64,000 nt of DNA from an uncultured Acidobacteriota bacterium (GTDB lineage: Bacteria; Acidobacteriota; Thermoanaerobaculia; Multivoradales; UBA5704). The stretch is taken from NCBI GenBank assembly GCA_963770895.1, contig CAVYRF010000002.1:2816001-2880000 (forward strand), read 5' to 3'. A model generated the notes under the pieces. That model saw nothing but the letters and a program-made list of their open reading frames with translations. It was not told the DNA's origin and did not search any database. The position numbers and the translations under genes were made by a program. How positions within the stretch are numbered: position 1 is the first letter of the stretch; the number at the start of each line of letters is the position of its first letter. This document shows positions 49,636 through 58,273 of the stretch, one piece after another.

Positions 49636-51582
49636 GTGAGCAAAATCATCGGAATCGACCTGGGCACGACCAACAGCGTCGTGGCCGTCATGGAAGGCAC
49701 CGAAGCCAAGGTGATCCCGAACGCCGAAGGCAACCGCACCACGCCGTCGGTCGTCGCCTTCACCAAGGGCGGCGAGCGCCTGGTCGGGCAGGTGGCCAAG
49801 CGGCAGTCGGTGACCAACCCCCGCAACACCGTCTTCTCGATCAAGCGCTTCATGGGGCGCAAGTACAGCGAGGTCAACGAAGAGATGAAGATGGTGCCCT
49901 ACGTCGTCGAGCGCGCCGACAACGGCGACGTGCGAGTGGCGGTGGAGGGCAAGAAGTACTCGCCGCCCGAGATCTCGGCGATGATCCTGGGCAAGCTGAA
50001 GCAGGCCGCCGAAGACTACCTGGGCGAGAAGGTGGACCAGGCGGTGATCACCGTGCCGGCCTACTTCAACGACTCGCAGCGCCAGGCGACCAAGGACGCC
50101 GGCCGCATCGCCGGCCTCACCGTCGAGCGGCTGGTCAACGAGCCCACGGCGGCGGCGCTGGCCTATGGCCTGGACAAGCAGAAGGACCAGACGATCGCCG
50201 TCTACGACTTCGGCGGCGGCACCTTCGACATCTCGATCCTGGAGGTGGGCGAGGGCGTGGTCGAAGTCAAGGCCACCAACGGCGACACCCACCTGGGCGG
50301 CGACAACGTCGACCAGCGCATCATCGACTGGCTGCTCGAGGAGTTCAAGAAGGACCAGGGCATCGACCTGGGCAACGACCCGATGGCGATCCAGCGCCTC
50401 AAGGAAGCGGCCGAAAAGGCCAAGATCGAGCTGTCGTCGGCTCTCGAGACGGACGTCAACCTGCCGTTCATCACCGCCGACGCCGCCGGCCCCAAGCATC
50501 TCAACCTGCGGCTGACGCGCAGCAAGCTCGAGCAGCTGGTGGCGGACCTGATCCAGCGCTCCATGGGTCCCTGTCAGCGGGCGCTCGACGACGCGCACCT
50601 GACCCCCAAGGACATCGACGAAGTGGTCCTGGTGGGCGGCCAGACGCGCATGCCGGCGATCCAGAAGCTGGTCAAGGACTTCTTCGGCAAGGAGCCGCAC
50701 AAGGGCGTCAACCCCGACGAGGTGGTGGCGGTCGGCGCCGCGATTCAGGGCGGCGTGCTGCGCGGCGACGTCAAGGACATGCTGCTGCTCGACGTGACCC
50801 CGCTGTCGCTCGGCATCGAAACCCTGGGCGGCGTGTTCACCAAGCTGATCGACCGCAACACCACGATCCCGGCGCGCAAGGGCGAGACCTTTTCGACTGC
50901 CGCCGACAACCAGACCTCGGTCGAGGTGCACGTGCTGCAGGGCGAGCGCGAGATGGCGCGCTACAACCGCACGCTCGGCAAGTTCCACCTCGACGGCATC
51001 CCGGCGGCGCCGCGCGGCCGGCCGCAGATCGAAGTGTCGTTCGACATCGACGCCAACGGCATCGTCCACGTTTCGGCCAAGGACCTTGGCACCGGCAAGG
51101 AGCAGAAGATCACCATCACCTCCTCCTCGGGCCTGAGCGACAGCGAGATCGACCGCATGGTCAAGGAGGCCGAATCGCATAGCGACGAGGACAAGGAGCG
51201 GCTGCGCCAGGTGGAGATCCGCAACCGCCTGGACGCCCTGGCCTACAACACCGAGAAGACCTACAACGAGCATAAGGAAAAGCTCGCCGCGGACGACAAG
51301 GGGCAGCTGGAGCAGGCGATCGCCGACGCCAAGAAGGCGCTCGAATCCGAAGACACCGGCAACATGGAGAAGGCGACCGCCAACCTCGAGCAGGCGTCGC
51401 ACAAGATGGCCGAGCGCCTGTACAAGGAGCAGGCGGCGGGTGCGGCGGGTGGTCCCGGATCAGGCCCTGCCGGTGGCGGCGCCGCCGGCTCTCAGGGCGC
51501 GGCCGGCCAGCGGTCCGGCGGCGGCGCGGGCGCCGACGAGGTGATCGACGCCGAGTACGTGGACGTCGACGAGAAGCGCTGA
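49636..51582 (+). CDS. dnaK: Chaperone DnaK (Hsp70)
   Basis: [43 protein letters not shown]; AGGAGG RBS. Confidence 0.98.
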   Translation: MSKIIGIDLGTTNSVVAVMEGTEAKVIPNAEGNRTTPSVVAFTKGGERLVGQVAKRQSVTNPRNTVFSIKRFMGRKYSEVNEEMKMVPYVVERADNGDVRVAVEGKKYSPPEISAMILGKLKQAAEDYLGEKVDQAVITVPAYFNDSQRQATKDAGRIAGLTVERLVNEPTAAALAYGLDKQKDQTIAVYDFGGGTFDISILEVGEGVVEVKATNGDTHLGGDNVDQRIIDWLLEEFKKDQGIDLGNDPMAIQRLKEAAEKAKIELSSALETDVNLPFITADAAGPKHLNLRLTRSKLEQLVADLIQRSMGPCQRALDDAHLTPKDIDEVVLVGGQTRMPAIQKLVKDFFGKEPHKGVNPDEVVAVGAAIQGGVLRGDVKDMLLLDVTPLSLGIETLGGVFTKLIDRNTTIPARKGETFSTAADNQTSVEVHVLQGEREMARYNRTLGKFHLDGIPAAPRGRPQIEVSFDIDANGIVHVSAKDLGTGKEQKITITSSSGLSDSEIDRMVKEAESHSDEDKERLRQVEIRNRLDALAYNTEKTYNEHKEKLAADDKGQLEQAIADAKKALESEDTGNMEKATANLEQASHKMAERLYKEQAAGAAGGPGSGPAGGGAAGSQGAAGQRSGGGAGADEVIDAEYVDVDEKR

Positions 51583-51593
51583 ACGGAGTTGGA

Positions 51594-52049
51594 ATGGCAC
51601 CGCTGCGCAAGACGTACCTCGATGAGTTGACGCGCATTCAGGAGCGCGTCAACGGTCTGTTCGAGCAGACGCTGGTTGCTGCCAACTTCGAGGACCGCGA
51701 CGCCGGCGCCCCTGGCAGCTGGGCGCCGGCGGTCGATCTCATCGAGGCGGAGGACGCCTACCTGCTCTTCGTGGAGCTGCCGGGAGTTCGCCGCGAAGAG
51801 GTGCAGCTGCAGGTGCGGGAGCGGCGGCTGGAGCTTTCCGGCCGCCGCCAGCCGCCCAGCGAGCATCGGACCTTTCTGCGCATGGAGCGTAGCTACGGTC
51901 CTTTTCGCCGCAGCTTCGAGCTGGCGGCGCCGATCGACGCGGACGCCATCACGGCCGAGCTGTCGCAGGGTATCCTGCGGGTACGCGTACCGAAGCGCCG
52001 TGACGGCGCCGGTCGCAGGGTGAACGTTCCGGTCGAGGAGAACCGCTGA
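51594..52049 (+). CDS. Hsp20/alpha-crystallin small heat-shock protein
   Basis: PAVDL.E, ELPGV, ERSYGPFRRSF, GILRVRVPK. Confidence 0.92.
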   Translation: MAPLRKTYLDELTRIQERVNGLFEQTLVAANFEDRDAGAPGSWAPAVDLIEAEDAYLLFVELPGVRREEVQLQVRERRLELSGRRQPPSEHRTFLRMERSYGPFRRSFELAAPIDADAITAELSQGILRVRVPKRRDGAGRRVNVPVEENR

Positions 52050-52435
52050 TGCAGTCCCGGCGCCGCGGCAGCCAGCCCAAGTACGTGATGATCAGCGTGG
52101 TGTCGGAGCGCTACGGCATCCACCCGCAGACCCTGCGCCTCTACGAGCGCGAAGGGCTGATCAAGCCGGCGCGCAGCTCCGGCAACACCCGCCTTTACGA
52201 CGAAGAGGCGATGCGCCGCCTGGAGATCATCCTCACCCTGACCCGCGACCTGGGCGTCAACCTCGCGGGCGTCGAAGTCATCCTCAACATGAAGGAGCGC
52301 ATGGAGCAGATGCAGGGCGAAGTCGACCGCCTGCTGGAGTTCGTGCGCAGCGAAGCCCAGGAACGCCGCCAGGCCATGGAGCGCCAGGGAGCCCTGGTGC
52401 GCGTGCGCGGCGGCCCCCTCACCAAACGCACGTAA
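52049..52435 (+). CDS. hspR: HspR-like MerR-family heat-shock repressor
   Basis: ISVVSE..GIHPQTLRLYEREGLIKP.RS.GNTRLY, LGVNLAGV. Confidence 0.88.
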   Translation: MQSRRRGSQPKYVMISVVSERYGIHPQTLRLYEREGLIKPARSSGNTRLYDEEAMRRLEIILTLTRDLGVNLAGVEVILNMKERMEQMQGEVDRLLEFVRSEAQERRQAMERQGALVRVRGGPLTKRT

Positions 52436-52477
52436 ATCAAGGTTGGGAAGCGCCCGCGCCGTGCTACGATTTTGCGC

Positions 52478-53308
52478 ATGGCGGTGCATGATGTCGAGCG
52501 AGCGGTGTGCCCGGGCTGCGGCGGGCGCGGGTGGGTGGTGCAGCTCGACGGCGGCGGGTCCGGTACGGCGCGCCCCTGTTTCTGCCGGCAGTACGAAGTG
52601 CTGCCGCGCCTGCTCGCCACCGCCGGCATCCCGGACCGCTACCGGGAGTGCCGCCTGGACAACTTCAAGGTCACCGGCGGCGCCACGCCGGTGCGCAACC
52701 AGCTGCTGGCGGCGCGCGCCGCGGCGCAGCGGTATACCAACGAGTTTCTGACCGAATCCGGCTTCGCCTCGTCGGGGCTGCTGTTCATCGGCCCGCCCGG
52801 CGCGGGCAAGACCCACCTGGCGGCCGGCGTGCTGGTGGAGCTGATCGAGCGCTACCAGGTGCGCGGCCGCTTCGTCGAGCTGAACACCTTTTTCAACCAG
52901 CTGCAGGCGACGTTCGGCGCGGTTGCCGGCGAGCCGAAGCAAGAGGTGCTGGCGCCGCTGCTCGACAGCCCGCTGCTGGTCATCGACGAGCTGGGGGCGC
53001 AGCAGCCGACGCCGTGGATCCGCGACGTGCTGTACCTGGTCATCAACACCCGCTACAGCCGCCGCCTGCCCACCCTCTTCACCACCAACTACCGTCTGCC
53101 CGCGACCGGTGGCGAAGTGCCGGTGGCGATGCAGAGCCTGGATCGCGGCCGCGATCCCGATCCCACCTGGGACGACGCGGCGGCGCTCGGCAGCCGGTTG
53201 CCGGCGATGCTGGTCAGCCGCCTCTATGAAATGGCCCAGCCGGTGGTGATGACCGGAGTTCCCGACTACCGGCGCGAGCAGAGCGTGCACAAGGCCCGCC
53301 GTCGATGA
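52478..53308 (+). CDS. DnaC/IstB-like AAA+ ATPase with N-terminal Zn-binding Cys pairs
   Basis: CPGCGGRG...PCFC, GPPGAGKTHLA, IDELG, TTNY, SRLYEM; extended -10 TGCTACGAT at 52462-52470. Confidence 0.88.
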   Translation: MAVHDVERAVCPGCGGRGWVVQLDGGGSGTARPCFCRQYEVLPRLLATAGIPDRYRECRLDNFKVTGGATPVRNQLLAARAAAQRYTNEFLTESGFASSGLLFIGPPGAGKTHLAAGVLVELIERYQVRGRFVELNTFFNQLQATFGAVAGEPKQEVLAPLLDSPLLVIDELGAQQPTPWIRDVLYLVINTRYSRRLPTLFTTNYRLPATGGEVPVAMQSLDRGRDPDPTWDDAAALGSRLPAMLVSRLYEMAQPVVMTGVPDYRREQSVHKARRR

Positions 53309-55737
53309 TGCCGGGCCGTGCCGGCCGGCACTTCCTGCGCTCGTGCCGGGCACTGAGGTCGTGGCGGGCGCTGTGGGCGTTGCGTGCGCCGTACGCGTGG
53401 CGGGCGCCGGCTCTGCTGCTCATGCTCGCGGCCGCCGCCGCGGCGTGCTCCCCGGCCGGTCCGCGGCCGGTGACGCGTCCGCCTGGCGGAGCTTCCGTCG
53501 GCTCCAGCCCCAACGGCGGCGCCGCGGCCCCGGCACCCACGGCGCCCGCCGGCGCTGGCGCCGGGGCGGCGGCAGCGGGTGCCGGCAAGACGCCCGCGGC
53601 GCCGGCGGCACCGCTCGCTCCCGGCGGGGAGATGGCGCAGGCGCCGCGCATCGAAGCGATCGGCGACGCCGCCCAGGTGGCGCCCATCCTGCTGAAGGTC
53701 GGCCTGGCCAGCGACCTGCCGGGCGTGGCGCTGCCGTGCTGCGAGGCCGGCATGACGATCGCTTCGGCGCAAAAGGTCGTCGCGGCGCTGGCGCCGGTGC
53801 GCATCGAGCCGGCGGCGGGTGCCACACGGGAAGGGATCTACCGCCTGCAGGTGGCGGCGCTGCGCGACGAGCGGCAGGCGCAGGACCTGGCCAACCGCCT
53901 GGAGCGCGAAACCGGCCAGCCGGGCGACGCGCACTTCGACGCCGGCATCGACCTGTACCGCGTGCGCATCGGCCGCTACGCCAGCCGCGAAGCGGCGGAC
54001 AGCGACATGCGGCGCCTGTCCACCATGGGCGTGACCGGCGCGTTCGTGGTGTACGAAGGCGGCAGCGTGTCCGAACCGGCGCTGCGGGTGACGCAAGGCG
54101 ACATCGCCACCGTGCTGCCCGGCAGGTGGGTGGCCGTCGATCCGACCGGCGGCGGCACCGGCATCCGCGTCCAGGGCCATCGCTACCGCGGCCGCATCCT
54201 GGTGTACCTCAACGACCGCGGCACGCTCAACCTGATCAACGAGCTGCCGCTCGAGGACTACCTGCGTGGCGTGGTGCCGAGCGAAATGGGGCCCGAGCAG
54301 TATCGCCAGGTGGAGGCGCTCAAGGCGCAGGCGGTGGCCGCCCGCACCTATGCGCTGCGCAACCTGGGCGAGTTTGCGCGCGAGGGGTACGACATCTGCG
54401 CCACGCCGCGCTGCCAGGTCTATGGCGGCATGGATGCCGAGCATCCGCTGACCGACCGCGCGGTCAGCGAAACCGCCGGCCAGGTGCTGCTCTACCACGG
54501 CGAGCTGGTGGACGCCCTGTACAGCTCGACCTGCGGCGGCCACACCGAGGACGTGAAGGTCATGTTCCCGTTCAAGGACGAGCCGTACCTGAAGGCGGTG
54601 CCCTGCATGGAAGAAGGGACGGTGCGGCTGCAGGGCGACCTGCCCGCCGGCACCGCGTTCCCCGCCGGTCTGACGCGGCGCCTGCTGCCGGTCTTTGCCG
54701 CCGGCGCCCCGCCGGCGCAGCAGCTGGCGGCGCGGCTGGAGCACCTGGCGCTGCTCGCCGGGCTGCCGGCGCCGGACACCGATCGCCTCACCTCGATCGA
54801 CCGCCGGCAGGTGCAGCGCTTCGTCGCTTCGACGTTCGACATGGCGCTGGACTCGAAGGTGCTGCTGGCGCCGCAGGACGTCTCCTACCTGGTGAAGGAC
54901 CCGCCCGCCGACTGGAGCGACGAAGACCGCCGCCGCGCCGCGTACCTGGCCAGGAGCGGCCTGCTCACCGGCCCGCCCGATCAGCCGCTGCGCGACGATG
55001 ACATCGAGCGCATGCTGCTCGCCCTCTCCGAGATGCTGCAGGTGGTGCGGCGCGAGCAGGTGTCGTTCCTGTCGCTGGCCGACGGCAAGCTGACGGTGCG
55101 CGACGGCAAGGAGGACAAGACGGTCGCCATGCCCGAGCGGCTGGCGACCTTCCGCCGCAGCGGCAGCGACCTGACCGCCGACAGCCTGGGGATGGTGCCG
55201 GGCGACAACCTGACCCTGTTCTGGCAGGACACCCACCTGGTGGCGGCGGTGCAGGAGGTGAACCTGGAAGGGGTGGCGTTCGACCGCACCAGCCCGTACA
55301 GCTCGTGGACCCGCTTCCACACCGATGCGCAGCTGGCGGCGACGATCGCCACGCGCTTCCCCGGATTGGGCTTTCACAACTTCGAGATCCTCGAACGCGG
55401 CGTGTCGGGGCGGGTCGGCAAGATCCGCATCGAGGGCGACGGCGGACGGACGGCCGAAGTGGAAGGGCTGGCGGTGCGCTGGACGCTGGACGTGCCGGAC
55501 ACCCTGTTCACCGTCAAGCGGCTGACGCCGCCCAAGCGCGAGGCGGGGTGGCTGTTCACCGGCCGCGGCTGGGGGCACGGCGTCGGTCTCTGCCAGGTGG
55601 GAGCGTACGGCATGGCGCAGCGCGGCCACACCTATCGCGAGATCCTCACCCACTACTATTCGGGCGTCGAGCTGTCGCGGGTGCGCCTGAGCCCGTCGCC
55701 GCCGACGCCGACAGCCGCCACCGGCGCCCGCCACTAA
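53305..55737 (+). CDS. SpoIID/LytB-domain protein with SPOR domain (probable lipoprotein)
   Basis: LAAAAAAC lipobox-like; YRLQVAA/YRVRIG SPOR; YRG, EDYLRGVVPSE, ALKAQAVAARTYA, CQVY, STCGG.T, GWGHGVGLCQ.GA. Confidence 0.9.
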   Translation: MMPGRAGRHFLRSCRALRSWRALWALRAPYAWRAPALLLMLAAAAAACSPAGPRPVTRPPGGASVGSSPNGGAAAPAPTAPAGAGAGAAAAGAGKTPAAPAAPLAPGGEMAQAPRIEAIGDAAQVAPILLKVGLASDLPGVALPCCEAGMTIASAQKVVAALAPVRIEPAAGATREGIYRLQVAALRDERQAQDLANRLERETGQPGDAHFDAGIDLYRVRIGRYASREAADSDMRRLSTMGVTGAFVVYEGGSVSEPALRVTQGDIATVLPGRWVAVDPTGGGTGIRVQGHRYRGRILVYLNDRGTLNLINELPLEDYLRGVVPSEMGPEQYRQVEALKAQAVAARTYALRNLGEFAREGYDICATPRCQVYGGMDAEHPLTDRAVSETAGQVLLYHGELVDALYSSTCGGHTEDVKVMFPFKDEPYLKAVPCMEEGTVRLQGDLPAGTAFPAGLTRRLLPVFAAGAPPAQQLAARLEHLALLAGLPAPDTDRLTSIDRRQVQRFVASTFDMALDSKVLLAPQDVSYLVKDPPADWSDEDRRRAAYLARSGLLTGPPDQPLRDDDIERMLLALSEMLQVVRREQVSFLSLADGKLTVRDGKEDKTVAMPERLATFRRSGSDLTADSLGMVPGDNLTLFWQDTHLVAAVQEVNLEGVAFDRTSPYSSWTRFHTDAQLAATIATRFPGLGFHNFEILERGVSGRVGKIRIEGDGGRTAEVEGLAVRWTLDVPDTLFTVKRLTPPKREAGWLFTGRGWGHGVGLCQVGAYGMAQRGHTYREILTHYYSGVELSRVRLSPSPPTPTAATGARH

Positions 55738-55754
55738 GCAGGAACCGCGCGGCT

Positions 55755-56531
55755 TCAGGGGGAGGCGGCCGGACGGAGCACCTGGGCGAGCAGCGAGATG
55801 GCGACGTCGAGGTGCTGGTCGGGTGCGAGCGCCGGGCCCAGCAGCTGGGCCTGGCCGGCGGGGGTGGCCAGCCGCTCGTCCCAGACGGCGCCCGGTACGT
55901 GGTGCCGCAGAAGGGCGGCCACCTGGGCGAAGTTGGCCTGCCGCGACGGGTGGAGCGCCGTGCCCAGCGAGCGGTAGAGCAGCTCGCCTTCGCGCCAGAC
56001 CAGCGGCGGCAGGCCGCGGCCGTAGAGGTGCAGGAAGCCGCGCCGCTCCAGGGCGTCGGGCCGCCGCGGCGGGGTCACCGCCTTGGTCATGATCAGGCCG
56101 CCGGACAGGGCGGCGCGCACCAGGCTCAGCTTGCGGGTGGGCCGCGGCTGGTGGGTCCTGTGGCGCACCACCTCGAAGCCGCGCAAGACCAGGTCGATGT
56201 CGGCGTAGCGCACCGTCAGCGGGGCGGCGGCACGCGCTTGGACCTGCACGGCGTCGGCGCCGAACTCAAAGCCGCGCACGACGAAGCGGCGGTCGTCGGT
56301 TTCGATCGCCGGCTGGTCCAGCAGCAGCGTGTCGAACCCGCGCTGTTGCAGGATGGCGGCCGTCTGGTGCGCCGGCTGGGGCGAGGAGAAGCTGGCGATG
56401 ACCGAGGGGCCGCCGCCCGGAGCACGCACGCGCGAGCTGGCTTCGTAGATCGTCTTGCCCAGGACCGCCGCCAGCTCGCGCGCCAGCAGCGCGTGGTTGC
56501 CCTTCAGGTTGTAGATCGCCAGAACGAGCAC
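55755..56531 (-). CDS. Hypothetical protein
   Basis: 258-aa ORF with coding-like usage directly downstream of the response regulator. Confidence 0.65.
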   Translation of the reverse strand: MLVLAIYNLKGNHALLARELAAVLGKTIYEASSRVRAPGGGPSVIASFSSPQPAHQTAAILQQRGFDTLLLDQPAIETDDRRFVVRGFEFGADAVQVQARAAAPLTVRYADIDLVLRGFEVVRHRTHQPRPTRKLSLVRAALSGGLIMTKAVTPPRRPDALERRGFLHLYGRGLPPLVWREGELLYRSLGTALHPSRQANFAQVAALLRHHVPGAVWDERLATPAGQAQLLGPALAPDQHLDVAISLLAQVLRPAASP

Positions 56532-56535
56532 GCGG

Positions 56536-57045
56536 TCAAGGGGAGGATGCCGCGGCGGCGAAGTCGTCGAGCAGGCGCTTGAGCAGATCAGGTCCTACCG
56601 GCTTGACCAGGTGGAGGTCGAATCCGGCTTCCTCCGCCCGCTGCCGGTCGGTGTCGCGGCCGTACCCGGTGAGCGCCACCAGGTGGGTGGGCGCGTGGAT
56701 CGGGTCGGCGCGCAGCATGCGCGCCACGGCGTAGCCGTCCATGTCGGGCAGCCCGATGTCGCACAGCACCACGTCCGGGCGCGAACGCCTGGCAAGGTCC
56801 ACCCCGGTCGGTCCAGAGTGCGCGATTTGGACCGTGTGACCGAACAGCGCCAGGAGGTCGCCAAGCGTTTCGGCGGCGTCGTGGTTGTCTTCGATGATCA
56901 GGACGCGCAGGGTGCGCAAACCGCTGCCACCGGCAGCGCCGTGCCCGCCACTGTCTCCAGATCGGTCGTCTGGTCGATCGCCGGATCGGTCGTCTGGTCC
57001 GTCGCCGGGTCCGTCGCTTTCAAGCCCATGGCTTGAACCGCTCAT
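56536..57045 (-). CDS. Single-domain response regulator (receiver) with repetitive N-terminal extension
   Basis: LIIEDN, LCDIGLPDMDGY, ALTGYG, HLVKP; TGCTAGAAT 6 nt upstream of ATG. Confidence 0.9.
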   Translation of the reverse strand: MSGSSHGLESDGPGDGPDDRSGDRPDDRSGDSGGHGAAGGSGLRTLRVLIIEDNHDAAETLGDLLALFGHTVQIAHSGPTGVDLARRSRPDVVLCDIGLPDMDGYAVARMLRADPIHAPTHLVALTGYGRDTDRQRAEEAGFDLHLVKPVGPDLLKRLLDDFAAAASSP

Positions 57046-57070
57046 TGAGCGATTCTAGCAGCCAGCATCC

Positions 57071-57421
57071 CTAACGCCCATGGCGGAAGACCAACTCCAC
57101 GATCTGGTCGCAGGTGGCTTCCGCCACCGTCTCGCCCTGGCGCATTGCCGCCCGCGTCGCCTGCTTGAGGTGGTCGCGCAGCAGCTCGCGGCCGACGGCG
57201 CGCAGCGCTTCCTGCACCGAAGCGATCTGGGTCAGGATGTCGCCGCATACGCGGTCTTCCTCGATCATCCGCTGCAGCCCGCGCACCTGGCCTTCGATGC
57301 GCCGCAGCCGGTTGTAGCTGCGCACCTTGTCGGGGCCGTCGCCCGCCACCCTGGGGGTGTTGTCCTGCTCGAGCTCGGCGTCGTAGGGTCCGTCTAAAAC
57401 GAGTGTTGCTTGCTCTGACAT
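57071..57421 (-). CDS. CsoR/RcnR-family metal-sensitive repressor
   Basis: RLRRIEGQVRGLQRMIEEDR.C.DILTQI.SV..AL, HL. Confidence 0.9.
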   Translation of the reverse strand: MSEQATLVLDGPYDAELEQDNTPRVAGDGPDKVRSYNRLRRIEGQVRGLQRMIEEDRVCGDILTQIASVQEALRAVGRELLRDHLKQATRAAMRQGETVAEATCDQIVELVFRHGR

Positions 57422-57512
57422 AGCATCCTCCCGCTAGAAAGGGTGAGGCGGCGGGCCGTTTGGGCGACAGAAATGCCATCTCGGATCGCAGGAAGTGTCT
57501 GTCTGCAGATCA

Positions 57513-57542
57513 ATGTGATATGATTAAAGTCTGTAATTAATG
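57513..57542 (+). promoter_or_regulatory. AT-rich element ATGTGA...TCTGTAATTAATG upstream of the secreted peptide gene
   Basis: Strongly AT-rich against the GC-rich background; similar element at 58214-58237. Confidence 0.5.
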
Positions 57543-57716
57543 ATCATGCATACCCGCGACTATGAACAAGGCTCCGCTGGAGGGGTGCACTCGGCAGGGC
57601 GCGACGCACTAAGTTATAAAACTGCGGTTTTGCTGCGGGCCGGCAGGAGCTCCGAGACCGTCCGGACCACCCGACCGAAGAAGACCCCGGCCACTGCGGA
57701 GAAAAGAGAGGGACTC

Positions 57717-58142
57717 ATGTTGCGTCGTCGTGGCGTACTTCACTTCCTGGCCGTGGTGGCGGTCGCTCTACTGTTTCCTGGCGGCATTCACGCCCGCGCT
57801 ACCGGCGCTCCTGGTGTCACCGGCGCTTCCGGCGCCACCAGCGTCACCGGTTCCCCTGGCTCCCGTGGCGCTTCCGTCTCCACCGGCTCCACCCGCTCCA
57901 CCGGCTCCACCGTCTCCACCGGCTCCACCGGCTCCAATAGATTGACCGGCGCCCCGGCACATGCCGGAGCGCGGGTGGCAAGGACGCCGGCGCCGGCGGG
58001 CACCACCTCGACCGCGGCGGCGTTATGGCACTGGCTGGCGGACCTTGCCGGCCTGGCGCCCAAGGCCCAACCCGGCCACGGCGCTCCGGTGCGGACTCTG
58101 GGAGGCGGTTGCCCAAACCCGGACGGAGGCCCTTGCACCTGA
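57717..58142 (+). CDS. Small secreted protein / candidate peptide precursor (141 aa) ending GGGCPNPDGGPCT
   Basis: GAGGG RBS; MLRRRG + hydrophobic stretch + IHA cleavage site; Ser/Thr/Gly repeat linker; amphipathic LWHWLADL; two-Cys C-terminal core. Confidence 0.75.
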   Translation: MLRRRGVLHFLAVVAVALLFPGGIHARATGAPGVTGASGATSVTGSPGSRGASVSTGSTRSTGSTVSTGSTGSNRLTGAPAHAGARVARTPAPAGTTSTAAALWHWLADLAGLAPKAQPGHGAPVRTLGGGCPNPDGGPCT

Positions 58143-58213
58143 CCGCCGGGCGCGGTGGCGGCAGGGTCGTCCTTCAGGCCGGCTGCCACCCGTCGCGATG
58201 GTCTGACTACGCG

Positions 58214-58237
58214 ATGTGAGATAATTCTGTAATAATG
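58214..58237 (+). promoter_or_regulatory. AT-rich element ATGTGAGATAATTCTGTAATAATG upstream of the TPR-like gene
   Basis: Shares ATGTGA and TCTGTAAT..AATG with 57513-57542. Confidence 0.5.
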
Positions 58238-58273
58238 TCTCGCGATGCGAACCCGAGGTCCCGAGGAGGTTCC

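Noticed and set aside
52478-53308. IS21 element (IstB-like ATPase)
   Set aside because: There is no istA transposase, terminal inverted repeats or target duplication, and the gene sits in a housekeeping context.
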